DNA of 64,000 nucleotides from Antedon mediterranea (Eukaryota; Animalia; Echinodermata), in NCBI RefSeq assembly GCF_964355755.1, contig NC_092675.1:30910912-30974911 (forward strand), written 5' to 3'. Every line of letters starts with the position of its first letter. Position 1 is the stretch's first letter. Shown in pieces: positions 48,401 to 61,300 of the stretch. A program made the position numbers and the translations under genes. The notes beneath the pieces are model-generated. The model did not search any database, was not told the origin of the DNA, and saw only the letters and a list, made by a program, of their open reading frames with translations.

Positions 48401-51400
48401 CGAGATCGAGTCTCACCTTGGCAAACGAAATAAATTTTTTTTTTATTATCCGTATTGTTTGTTCAAATTTATTTCTTAGTGTATATATTATACACATGAT
48501 TTATAATGAAATCTAGATAAAAAATAACTTATGTCTTTATTATTATGTAACAGCAAATGTGGTTTATGACATCTTTGATCGGATTGTGATACCGGCTATT
48601 GTATTCGCGTTAGCAAGGTCCTATCATATATTATATATTATTTAAAGAATCTGAGAAAATCAATGAATCAAAATATCTTTTAAAAATAAATTATCTTTAT
48701 TTTAATTATCAATGCATATAACCTATAATTCGTCATAGTGACGAATTAAATCTAGTTTAATATTAGTTGGGCTATAGTATTACACAATGCATTACCATGA
48801 TTAAATAGGTATTTTGTTGTTATTAGTACGATACAGTCACATAATCAATATATCTTTAATCATCTTGATGAAAAGTTTAGAACTGATAATATCAATCATG
48901 GAAGATAATATTAATATCAAAGTTAAATGAATCTACCTATTTTACACACTAACTTTATTATCTTCATTCAGATATGATAATACTTCATTTATTTTTAACA
49001 TATTAATTAGTTTCCTTGGAGGAATGATTATAATAATCATTATGAGTAGTTGGTACTACTAGTATGTAAGTTTTTATAATAATCATTATGAGTAGTTGGT
49101 ACTACTAGTATGTAAGTTTTTATAATAATCATTATGAGTAGTTGGTACTACTAGTATGTAAGTTTTTATAATAATCATTATGAGTAGTTGGTACTACTAG
49201 TAGGTAAGTTTTTATAATAATCATTATGAGTAGTTGGTACTACTAGTAGGTAAGTTTTTATAATAGTCATTATGAGTAGTTGGTACTACTAGTATGTAAG
49301 TTTTTATAATAATCATTATGAGTAGTTGGTACTACTAGTATGTAAGTTTTTATAATAATCATTATGAGTAGTTGGTACTACTAGTAGGTAAGTTTTTATA
49401 ATAATCATTATGAGTAGTTGGTACTACTAGTAGGTAAGTTTTTATAATAGTCATTATGAGTAGTTGGTACTACTAGTATGTAAGTTTTTATAATAATCAT
49501 TATGAGTAGTTGGTACTACTAGTAGGTAAGTTTTTATAATAATCATTATGAGTAGTTGGTACTACTAGTATGTAAGTTTTTATAATAATCATTATGAGTA
49601 GTTGGTACTACTAGTAGGTAAGTTTTTATAATAATCATTATGAGTAGTTGGTACTACTAGTATGTAAGTTTTTATAATAATCATTATGAGTAGTTTGTAC
49701 TACTAGTATGTAAGTTTTTATAATAATCATTATGAGTAGTTGGTACTACTAGTATGTAATGTAAGTTTTTATAATAATCATTATGAGTAGTTGGTACTAC
49801 TAGTAGGTAAGTTTTTATAATAATCATTATGAGTAGTTGGTACTACTAGTATGTAAGTTTTTAATGCAAAAAAATAAATAAAACTTTATTAATAGAGAGG
49901 ATATATTCTATTGGTAGTAGAATTCATTGAATTCCATCATCTACAATTGACCGAGCATTTTGATTTTTTACTGTATTTTATCACTTCTTGGTATTAATTG
50001 TGGTGTATTTTTTCATATTTAGGAAGAATTAATTTGATTATACATGTTACCATAAACATCCCAAAAAAATAAATGCTTCCGCCGAATAAAGGCTCTCTAA
50101 AAATAATGTTATTTGAATAAATACAATAACTAAATGAATTGCGTTTGATCAGCCTTAACATGGTTGCTGCATGAGTCTTATCCAAATTAATGTTCTCTTT
50201 CTTTCTCATAAAAATTAATGATCATTCAATTTATTTTATATTCACATGATCAGAATATTGTAATACCTTCTGGCTACAAATCAAATATTTACCATCAAGA
50301 AAGCATTAAAATCTCTATTTTGTTGGTAAGAATAGCTTGGTAATTATGATGTGTTCAGAGATAGAAACATTGATAATCAATAGTTCAAACAGCTTGAGGC
50401 AAAACTGTATTATTTCAAATTCTTATACCGGTAACTGACTTCATTGTGCCAATAATACAGTTTAATAATTTAGCCATTATAAAAATAAGTACTAATGCTT
50501 ATTATTTGATCATTAATTTCATTTTTTCATTCAATACAGTTTCTTTTTTTTAGGATGATTAAATGTCAGATGATTAAAGACAAGGATGGATTGCAATAAA
50601 TATATTAGTTTTTGTTGATGCAAAATGGAATTATAAATTTATTACAACTCAATTGAGATGAGGCTGCCATCAAGAAGATCAAAATGGTACTTTTGCCTGG
50701 TAAAAAAAAACCTTTATTTTGTTTCTTAAATCACAAGCATTATTTGATTTAAAACAAAAATATTTTTTTTTTACAAAATCTAAATTCGTTAATTTTACAA
50801 TTTTAGTAACTGTATCCAACATGAAAGTTGCTAAACCAAACAATTTGTACTGTAAATACCTACAGCAGTAATATTTCATCATTAATTTTAAAAGCATGAA
50901 TTCTTTCCTGTTTTTAGCATTTCACAAATATAAAACATTACAGAAACATATTTTTAAAAATGAATCAAACCACGAGCCTGTATACTTCCTTCATATCAAT
51001 CACATCCTTTTGTACCACCACACCTTGGCTTGGCTTCTATGCATGGTTGGTATTCAGGATAAGGTGTGTTTGTGTGTACATTTGTGGTGGTAATCATAAT
51101 GTTAACAACATTTACCTTTTTGGAAAAAATACCCTAAAATTAATGTTTAGTAATTTCATTAATTTTAGGTTTTCTCCAAAAAAGGTAATGTTTTTTAATT
51201 GTAATTTCATTGATGTAATGAAATAAAAATATTATTAAAATGAAGTGTCTTCCCCCTCTTTCTCCAGTAGCAGTATATATTGTCTACAATTTAGCTTTTT
51301 TTAGTTCAAACCTGAACCTTGTTGCTATTGATCTCTCATCTTCAATGCTTACTTACACTATCACCAAGTTTCTATTGAATTGAAGTATGGTGCGCCGTCT

Positions 51401-54400
51401 GGTAATAATGTATTTAAATGTATCTACCTAGTGGTTTACTAGAGGATTGGGCAAAGAGTCAAGTTTATACAGTAGTCTGTTAAAATTGAACTCTGCTATT
51501 ATATTAGTCTATAATTTTTGGAATAAGTTCCTCAGTAAAATCAAACTTGGTACTAAATCGTTTTCTAAAAAAAACCCCTAATTTTGTTAATATTGATTGA
51601 TCGATAGGTGTTTGGTTTTTATTTCAGTTATCTGCAAAGTTGACTTTAGCTTACACAGTAGATTACCATCATACAAACATTATGAAACAATGTGTGTATG
51701 TACTGTAGATCTTAAATTGAATAATTTTAGATGTTAACAATTGCAACAGTACTACTGTATGTTTTAAACCGTTTTTTTTTGTTTTTATATTTCAGAATCG
51801 AAAAAATTTAATTTTAGGTATATTTTGGTATTCAGTAATTGCCTCGTCATTGTTTCTCTATTACACTCATGAAAGTCACCAAAAGGATTCACGTTTTAGA
51901 CGATTTTACCAATCATTATTTGTAGAAGATACAATACGATGTACTTCTGCAAGCCTTGCTTCAACAACGCGCATTACAACGCAGGGAACAGCTGCATACA
52001 ACTTAACTGTTTTACGAAAATATTGGAAATTGTTCCAACTAAGAAATAATTTTAGTGAAATTAAATATACTATACCAGAAAAGTATAATAATGCAAGGAC
52101 AAGACAGTTTAGTGTTCCAAAAAAAATAAGTTCTACAAATGTTCCTGTAACAACGAAAATAAATGTAACTGAAAAACCAGTTCCGGTTACCCAAGCTCCT
52201 GTTGTTAAAGGTTATTGGGGACTTCTTGATAATAAGGTAAGGAATACTTTAAAGAGTCTATAAATGCATTTGGCATGATCTGTAAATACAAGAAAGTAGG
52301 TTAAATAAAGAATCTTTTTAGGATAATATAATGATGATGATGATAATACAGTAACTCATTCTATATAGCGCATATAAGCAAGCGCTCGATGTACTCTACA
52401 TAAATTAAAATAGACAAGAAGTTATCAATAATTTAAATTAATGAAAAACTTGATTCATGATAGCTTGGTAGAATACTGCATGGTACCTGACTGGTTGTAA
52501 ACCAATCTTATTATTTTAGAAGAAGTTTTCTCAAAGCTGTAATGAAAAACAAACAAATGATATAATTGAATGCCTATTTTTAATATTGTTTCAACAGAAT
52601 CTAAGAATTTTTTTTTCAATTTTGATATTTAAAGAAATCTGGTTTAACATTCTTGGATTATCAATACAAGTCAACTGCTTAAAATTTTATCAAGCTAAAT
52701 ATTTCATTCTCAAATCCAAACAGCTGATATTGTAGTTATAGTAGTAGATTTACTAATCTTAGTTTATCCTTGATCAAAATGAATTCAATATTGGAATTGA
52801 AATACAGGTCTTTTTTTAGTACATCTACAGTAGTATCAAAAATACTTCTACTGTGTATTGTTTATAAATTATAATAAAAATTTATAAATTTTAATATGAT
52901 TAAGTAATAATAATAATTTATTTTGTTTATTCACGGATGTACTTCATTCACACATGGGATTTTTTGTTTGTTTATTATTTTTTATCATAAATATACATTT
53001 TTACAGATAACTTACTGTAGGTTTGTTGAACTCATTTTAATAAATTTGGATCTAAATTACTCTTAGTATAGCTTAGGTTATATGCAACGTTTTGCGCTAC
53101 AGTATTCAGTATTTTAAAACAATGCTATGATAACCCCGCAGTTATTTACATAAAAAATACATTAAAAAAATGCAAATTAATTAATAAATAAGATTAAACA
53201 TTGTACAGTAGGCCTAGTAACAGTATTTGTTCTTTATCAATATTTTGTCACTGAAAACTCAAGGCATTAGTTTTAATTGCATTTCCTAGAACAGCGTACT
53301 GTACTACTGTATGCCAAGGTTCTTAGACAAACAATACCCTTTTTTAACTCATCATTTTAATTATTGCAATTTGCTTTGATTTTTTTTTCTCTCTGTATTA
53401 AAATTGTATGAATGAGTATAGTTTCAGAAGGCATGGGTGTATAAATTAGGGGTGGTGGGATTATACTTGGATATCATTAAAATGGCATTTAATTACCAAA
53501 GTCTTTCGTCCAAATTTAATAACCTAAATTGAGATTACAGTAATTGGGCATGGGAGTATAGTTGAGGCTAGGATTATACTTTGAGCATCATATACAGAAA
53601 TAAAGATGATGAAACTATTACAATTTATTTTCCCCTCAGAAACTACAGCTTCACTGTTCACAATGTGCTGTTGTAGCCAGCTCAGGTCATCTTCTCAACT
53701 CCACCGCTGGTCAAGAAATTGACAAATATGAATGCGTTATTCGTATGAATTCTGCACCAATCAAAGGCTACGAAAAATTTGTTGGGACAAAGACAACAGT
53801 TCGGGTCATGGGTCATGTAAACATGCTATGGCTGAACCAATCAGAGGATTTGCAGAAAGAGACGTTAGCGAACACTTCCACTATGCCAGAGAAGATGATT
53901 GTACCATGGCTATATAATATACAAATTAATAGAAAAACAGACAAATATTTTAATCTTGCCAAAAACTTTTCCTTAAAATATGGCTATAAGGAAATGTATT
54001 TGTTGGACAGTGAAAAAATGAAATATGCAGAAACTACATTCCACAAAGAAACTGGTTTAACAAGGTATGTTATTAAAATATTTTATTGTTATTAAGGCAT
54101 GGCTGCAAAATGGCCAACTTTGCATCTCTGTGTTGGGTCTACTTCATGCCTAGCTTACCTGGATAAACCGACATAGACCTTTTCACGTCTCCTCGGATAA
54201 GGACTATAAACAGGAGGTCCAGTGTACACAGTTATAACCTGTGTGCACCCAGTTCATCATTCAAGAAGTGTAGAGTGAATTTGTTCATAAAATAGCCCCT
54301 GTATCAGGACAGTGCTTAATATACTATTGGTGGTAATCCTTGGCCACATGTGCCTAAAGACATAAAATAAAAAAAAACATGAGTATTAATAGGTTATTTT

Positions 54401-57400
54401 TTTGCAGCAGCAAAGATTTGTTAGTCTGGAGTTCGCAGGATAACCTGTACCACAAAGGTCAAGGAAAATAATCTGTGTTATAATAAAGGATGTTAAGCTG
54501 AGCAGCCACAGCTGCTACAAAACATAATGTGAAAACCTGAACATTTTGAAAAGTACACAAAAGGCTATTAGGGATGTGGCTTGTGTTAATGGGTACAATT
54601 AATGCATCCCTTTCAGCCATGGCTAAAACTTAAAAGTACATTGGCAAAGAATCGGCGAATGTCTAGTGAAAATATAAACTATTAATACCAGCAGTAGTCA
54701 CAATCATATGACACCATGCTTTTCTAACAATTATGCTACTACTACTAATAACAAAAATACAACAATTTGATAATAAACAAAACGTAGAAAGTAGGTGAGG
54801 TGAGCTGCTAAACACTAAACATTATAGTCTTAATATGAACTAAAATCTAAATAAATATTTAATTATGCAAAATTAAACAGAAGAATCAATTTAAATACTG
54901 TACAAAGTTTGCTGAATATATTATTTAATAATAATGAATACAAATCTATTTATACAATTAATTTACAAATTACTGAACTTATCAGTAAATGTTACAATGC
55001 AGTATGACTAAACATGAAAGAGTAGAAATATATAGTACTGTACATTTCACAATGTTGTATAATGCATTTTGTTTCCGTTCTTCCATCTGATTTTGTCATC
55101 ATTTCCCACCAGTTTAAATGTCAAAAGGTCAAGCCGGAAATGTGCCATGTTTCTTCAATGTACATTGCATCCCATTGTGAATAAAAAAAATGTTTTTAAA
55201 TTCCAAATAAACATTGATGCATGATGATTTGAAACTGCAGACGATTTCTGTAAAATAAATTAAATTATATGTTTACTTGTAGCTAAGGATACCAGTGATA
55301 AAATCTGAATATTGAATATTGTGATTAAAATTTTATGAAATTATGCATTTACTTGCAGTATTTATCAGTTACTATGATAATATTGATGTTCACAACAATG
55401 TCTGGAGTATTTGTTGCTGATAACAGTCAATTCAAGTATTTTGTAAGACTTTGTATAATCAATGATAATCATTCTTGATATACAAAAACATAGCAGCCAT
55501 TGACAGAATTACAAATACAATTTGGCGGTGTTCGGACGTAAAATCAGTTACATCTGTAACTTTACATGTGTAATCAATGATCGTTCAGACGATGAACAAT
55601 TTACACGTGTAAAGGTCATATTTCATGCATCTCTTTACACTATTAAGGTCAAATTGCTCCTTATCTTGCGGTTAATCAGCTTGCGGTTTAAGGTGTAATT
55701 GAAAAATCCACCTCATGAGGTGGATTTTTGAAACAGCAAGTTTATCTCAAAATTTACACCACACGCGACCGTTACACGTGTAAATTTGTTCCGTCCGAAC
55801 AGGCTCCAAGTTTATCTCAAAATTTACTTCACACGCGACCATTACACGTGTAAATTTTTTCCGTCCGAACGGGCTCTTTGTTTTGATACAAAAAAATACA
55901 GCCATTCACAGAATTACAATTTAATACAAAAAAATTAACATTAAATAAAAATTAGATATAGAATGGATTTAACTCTTAAAATAACAATCAGGAAAAAAGC
56001 AGCATATTTTAAAAATGTGTCAAACAAATTGGGTCTACTCTCTGATTTGTACAATTTTAATACATTTACTACTATTTTAGTGTAATTTTTTACCAGATTT
56101 CTTCACTTAATTTGTTTTTAAGGCGAGAAGCTCGAACTTGGTTAACAACGGGTTGGATGACAATGTTGTTTTCAATAGATGTTTGTGATAAAATTGATGT
56201 CTTTGGACTTGTTCAAGAAAATCACTGCCTGTAAGTATCATATTTGTTATCATTGTATACAATTACTGAACGACCCATATTAGCTGCTGTAGAACACTCT
56301 TGAAAACTCACACCAGAAGGCAATGATAAAGAAATGACAACCACACCAGCATAAATCGTCTCGTTTTATAGACACCCCGAAAATAAAAGGTTTCTGACAT
56401 TTTCAGGACCCAACACAGTGTCCTCTTAATTGGGGTTGAACGTAGTGGGTTAAAACATAGTCTTGTTTGTTTCACAGGAAAGTGTCGCCTTATAAACGAG
56501 CGTGTCACCAAAATAGGAGTTGGCCTTATTGTCAAAACATATTTCCCCTTATTCTTTTCCCAGGAAATCTCTCCTTAGTAGTGTTGTCCCAAAGGAGGTG
56601 CTCTAATTGTTTTCATATTTTATGAACGATGCACCCACTCCCAAATTTTAGGTAATTTTAAATTGAAGAGAAAAAAAGGATAGAAATTCGAAAAAAAACT
56701 GAATTTCTGGAAAACCAGACATGTTAAATTGTTAGCCCACGGACAATGTTCAGTATTGGTAGAGTGGACTATATTAACCTAATTATACTGATGATTTACC
56801 CATTACAACAGCACCCACTCCAAATTTTAGGTAATTTCACATTGAAGAGAAAAAGAGGATAGGAATTAAAAAACCAGACATGTTAGCCCACGGACGGACG
56901 ATGTTCAATATTGGGAGAGTGAACTGGACTATATTTAACCATAATGATTTACCCATTAAAATACACCCACTGCCAAGTTTTAGGTAATTTATTATAATTT
57001 GACAAGAACAGTATGACGTGCATAGACAATGATTGTCAAAAGCACACTTAGTAATTAACATGACGTTATTAATGGTTACTTGAACGTGAAAATTAATAAT
57101 TCAGGTTTTCTCTATAATTGATTTGCGACAGTACTACTAGTATTGGTTTTTACTAAATTATGATACTTTCAAAAGCTTAAAAATCAATATTGAAATTTGA
57201 GTTAGAGTGAAGTAAATTGAAAACTGCACAATTTGTGTGGTTCATTCTTATGTTCAACTTCTGTTGCACTTTATTCTTTGTCTTTTACAATCAATAAAGT
57301 CATTTATTCATTTTTTAACAATTCTAAAATAATTTCCATAAATTTTGTAAATAAATTACAGTAAACAATTAACTGTGAAATATGAATTTAAAATATTTTA

Positions 57401-60361
57401 AAAATAGAAGATTAAATTTAATAGAAGAAGCAAAAAAAAAAACGGGAAAAAAAAAATCAATGTGATGAGTAAATTGATACAAACAACACAGCAGTAAATG
57501 AAGATGGAAAAATAAAATACACAAATTATTTAAAATAACAAAACACAGTCTATAGCATTAATTGTTAAAAACAGCATGTTGAAATACCAAACAAAAAATT
57601 GTATTCAGAATCTTGAATTAATTATTAGTATCTTACAAAGATATTGCCGCATTGGTATAAAAGAGAAGCATGCATTGAATACAAAAGAAACACTGATAAA
57701 TAAAACTTTTATTATCTTGGGTTCTATTAATATAAACTTGATAGAATATGATAATTAAAAAATGATGACAAGCAATCGTGATTCTTATACTATTCTAACT
57801 TAATTTATTCATCTTGAGGAATGAATTTGATTACTGTTACACAATAGTCGTCCTTTTCTCACAGGCATGCTGGTATAGATACCTGCTGCATTGTTATTGC
57901 TTTCTACCAGTACCTATTCAATATGACTATTGATTTTGCCGGGAATATAAGCAGTACTTGCGACTTTCAGAGACAAGGGTTGAAGTACTCTCTATCCGGC
58001 CAATAATTAGTGTCTTTTATTTAGTGCCCGTAATCGTTATTGTAAAAAAACAGACCTGGCTCCCACCTAAATTTTGAAAATTAAACTGCAAAAGATATGA
58101 CAAAAATAAGCTTTTAATGTTAACTAACTAGATTCATCAATCAAGGTACCATTAAAATATTCAGGTGTTTGTCAAGCACTGTACTTATGTCCGTCTTGTT
58201 TTCGTTAGAAACTTTGTTGATATACAAGATATTAAATTTAGATATTAATATTCTAATAGTCATAATGTGCATATCTGTTAACAGTTAGCATATTGAAATA
58301 AAAAGTACATTTTATTAAAGTTGTGAGGTCAACTTTATTCTCATCATAGTACTATAATTTCCAAGCAGAATTAGGTCTGTCCTCTTTCTGACCCTGCTGA
58401 AGGAATGACCTAATTTTTACTGACAAGTGCACTTTTTGGGTTCCTATACTGTGTGCACCCTAGTGTGTCTAATGTTCTAGATTTGATGCAGTCTATTCTG
58501 TAAATTTACATGTATTTGATTCATTATTTATTAACCATTTGGCAAATAATTGAACAAAATTTGCAAAGCTGTGGATTGTATAACAGAGTATTGATTTCAA
58601 TTGAGAATGAAATATAAAGTAATCAAAAGGCTAAATCAAAATGCTGAGAGGTAAATATCAAGATAAAACATTCCTTCAGCTATTATTGACTGTACAACTG
58701 TATATTACACTCTGTAGACATACACCTACTGTATGTATGTGTAGAAAATATTTATAAAAATGTAGGCCGGTTTGTTTGATGTTAGCCTACACTGACGATA
58801 ATCATGTAGTGTTCATAAAACTGTACCTCCTTGGAATAATTGTTTAAATTAGAAAATGTTTTAATATTAAATTACTTTTTTATTCATTCATTTTTCTTCA
58901 CCATGAAGAAATTTCTCCATGGTATAATAAGTTTGTAATCTTGAACAAATTGTAAATTTTAACAAAAAATGGTTTACTGTGTATACAGTATGGTAATGGT
59001 AGGTAATATATTATCAGCTTATCTTGGCAGTGTGAAGTGTCTCTCATGCCTTTTAAATTAATAATAATTATTATAAAGCAATCATAGCAATGAGATTAAT
59101 GGTAATAGAATACCAACAGACTTAATTGGGTTGCCAATTGGGTTGCCAATTTGCTGAGTACTAGTGTACAGACTTTACTGTATGTATAAAAAAGTAAATG
59201 AATTGTTTGGAATCTCCCATTTTTTTTCAGGGAGGTATGTTATTCATCATGAATTACCTTGACCCCTGAACTCCAATTCCTTAATTATTATGAGAATTTT
59301 ACAGCTGTATAGTTAATTATTTCCTTATTACTTTGCTGTAAGGTCATTTGGTTTTCATGTTTTATGTAGTTGGACAAAGTATAATGACCTAACTAAATAT
59401 AGTACCCATGTCTGCTGCTGCTGTTGCTGTTACCAATGAGTTATTAATATCTCCTTGCAGATGATGCTACTAACCCTTATCTACCCTTTAACTAGTACAA
59501 TTTACCAGAGAGACCAATTTCCTTTCTTCCAGTTCCGTTTGTGCTACAAGTGTCATTTTCTGGTAAAGTTTCAGAACAGATAAAGGAAATAAAGTTACAC
59601 ATGGCAGTACAAAAAAGACATTATTTTGTCCCATGGGCTTAAAACATAAACACACGCATAAATACACATTAATTAACTATCTAAAATCATTATACTCAGC
59701 TTTTACTTTAATTAACTGTAGTTAAATTAAAACAAAAAGAAAATGCAAAAGAATTAATGTGTACTTTTTGTACTATTTTAATTTATAGGCCTATATATAT
59801 TATTATAATAATCGTTTTTGATCTTTAAAAAAAAACCTTCAAACAATGATTTTTGTTTTACTTAATTCATTTCAAACCCTACTGTGATGTTTTTGAAGTT
59901 CAATTTTGTTTAAATATTTCGATTATTTTTCCTCTTTTATTTTTTTCAGATTACATCCAAATGATAGCACACCTTACCACTATTATGAACCAGATGATAA
60001 AACAGAATGTAGTTATTACAAAGTTAGTGAGGAACGCTTGACCTCAGGTCATAAGTTCATAACAGAGAAGGCGATCTTTGCACGATGGGCTCATAGACAT
60101 AACATCACGTTTCTTTATCCCTCCTGGAACAATTCTCATTCTTCTAATTCAACAAATAAACTTGAGACTCCATTCCTAAAATTGTATCGTGAAGCTAAAG
60201 CTAACGGTTCTTTACCAGAAATTCCTAGAAAGACTATCATACAGAAAAAGATAATTGAAGGCCCTCCAGATGAGAACGGAGTTAGAAGGCCAATCGTTAA
60301 AAGAATAATTAAGAAGATCATTGTAAGAAGGAAGGTACCAGTTGTAAAACCTAAGAAATAA
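39497..60361 (+). CDS. Alpha-2,6-sialyltransferase, ST6GalNAc III-VI subfamily (GT29), about 466 aa
   Basis: Exons 39497-39511 (MRERM; in-frame upstream ATG at 39452; first exon inferred), 51796-52236, 53640-54064, 56123-56230, 59950-60361. N-terminal TM; sialylmotif [39 protein letters not shown]; [18 protein letters not shown]; III YHYYE; VS HKFITEK. Confidence 0.9.
40639..42061. mobile_element. PIF/Harbinger deletion derivative with Myb/SANT-like remnant
   Basis: TIR gggcctgtttctgctgcataa / ttatgcagcagaaacagaccc, AAT TSD; frameshifted [36 protein letters not shown] at about 40948-41090. Confidence 0.8.
43880..44345 (-). mobile_element. 5'-truncated non-LTR retrotransposon (Rex1/Babar-like ORF2 C-terminus)
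   Basis: [39 protein letters not shown], then AATAAA and a (ATGACT)n tail. Confidence 0.8.
45516..45560. repeat. (CAGA)n microsatellite
   Basis: Direct reading. Confidence 0.85.
46221..46726. repeat. 46-bp minisatellite, 11 copies
   Basis: Unit taaattgagtgaagggagtgagtggaaacagtttgtaaatcacaac. Confidence 0.97.
47292..48755 (+). mobile_element. Non-autonomous Helentron/DINE-1-like element
   Basis: 5' subTIR aggttatatgca (47294) with adjacent inverted copy (47312), (TTTA)n, 3' subTIR tgcatataacct (48713), hairpin taattcgtca-tag-tgacgaatta, terminal CTAG followed by TT. Confidence 0.78.
49030..49862. repeat. 46-bp minisatellite, 18 copies, each with sense-strand GTAAGT
   Basis: Unit taataatcattatgagtagttggtactactagta(t/g)gtaagttttta. 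Confidence 0.95.
54100..54380 (+). mobile_element. SINE remnant with Nin/Deu-like core
   Basis: ctcggataaggactataaacaggaggtcc resembles a conserved SINE central domain as recalled; A-rich 3' end near 54365. Confidence 0.45.
55523..55877. mobile_element. MITE with tandemly duplicated right end
   Basis: Left gttcggacg, right cgtccgaac at about 55792 and 55862 (70-bp duplication); a roughly 45-bp sequence recurs on both flanks. Confidence 0.55.
56630..56990. repeat. Degenerate tandem duplication of 150-180-bp units
   Basis: cacccact(c/g)ccaa(a/g)ttttaggtaattt at about 56632, 56812, 56964. Confidence 0.7.
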
Positions 60362-60943
60362 GTACTTGGTTGAAAAGTACTTTAAACCAAATATCTTTTG
60401 TAATTTGCTACTTGCAATTTCTTTCAACAGCTTTAATTTATATGTTCAAACAAATTCCAAACAAAATAAAGCCCTCAGTCAGAAGGGGTTAGCAAGATTT
60501 ACCGTACTTCCTGATGTAAGTATAGGTAAAACAGTAAACATTGTTAAATCTGATTATTATCATAACTGATGCTATCAATATGTTGGTTGGTTGGAGTTTT
60601 GTGAAATTTGGATGTTTAGTCATTTTACAAATTCCATTGTGAAGTTAGTAAGATGGCACAATGACATTTGCCAAGCAATCTATAATGGATGAGAACAGAA
60701 CAAATAAAGTAAACTTGGACACTAGGCCTTCACCCTGCTGCAGTGGGTTGAAAATGGCCAGCAATGATGATGATGACCATTTTAAAAAGTGAAGGGTTTT
60801 ATTATTTTTATATATATCACAATGAGTGCCAGTACATGAACTTGGAATGTTGACAACATTACCAACATTGAGTAGGGTAGAATGTGTTAGTGGTTTGATT
60901 ATGCTGCAGTTTAGATGAAAATGGAATCAACTTTGCATTCCAG

Positions 60944-61300
60944 GTGGGTGGGAACATGTCATGGGTCGGGAGAATTTCATTCATAGGAAACATGTCATTG
61001 GTAGAGAAATGTGTCATGGAAGGGAACATGTCATGTGTGGGGAAGATGTCATGGAAGGGAAGATGTCATGGGGGGAGAAGATGTCATGGAAGGGAAGATG
61101 TCATGGAAGGGAAGATGTCATGGGGGGAGAACATGTTCATGTGTGGGAGAACATGTTCATGTGTGGGAACATGTTCATGTGTGGGAACATGTTCTTGTGT
61201 GGGAACATGTTCATGTGTGGGAACATGTCATGGGAGAGAAACATGTTCATGTGTGGGGAACATGTCATTGATAGGGAACATGTAATGTGCGGGAAAATGT
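60944..61300. repeat. Degenerate 17-18-bp tandem repeat (gggaacatgttcatgtgt / gggaagatgtcatggaa)
   Basis: Direct reading; explains the overlapping low-complexity ORFs. Confidence 0.85.
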
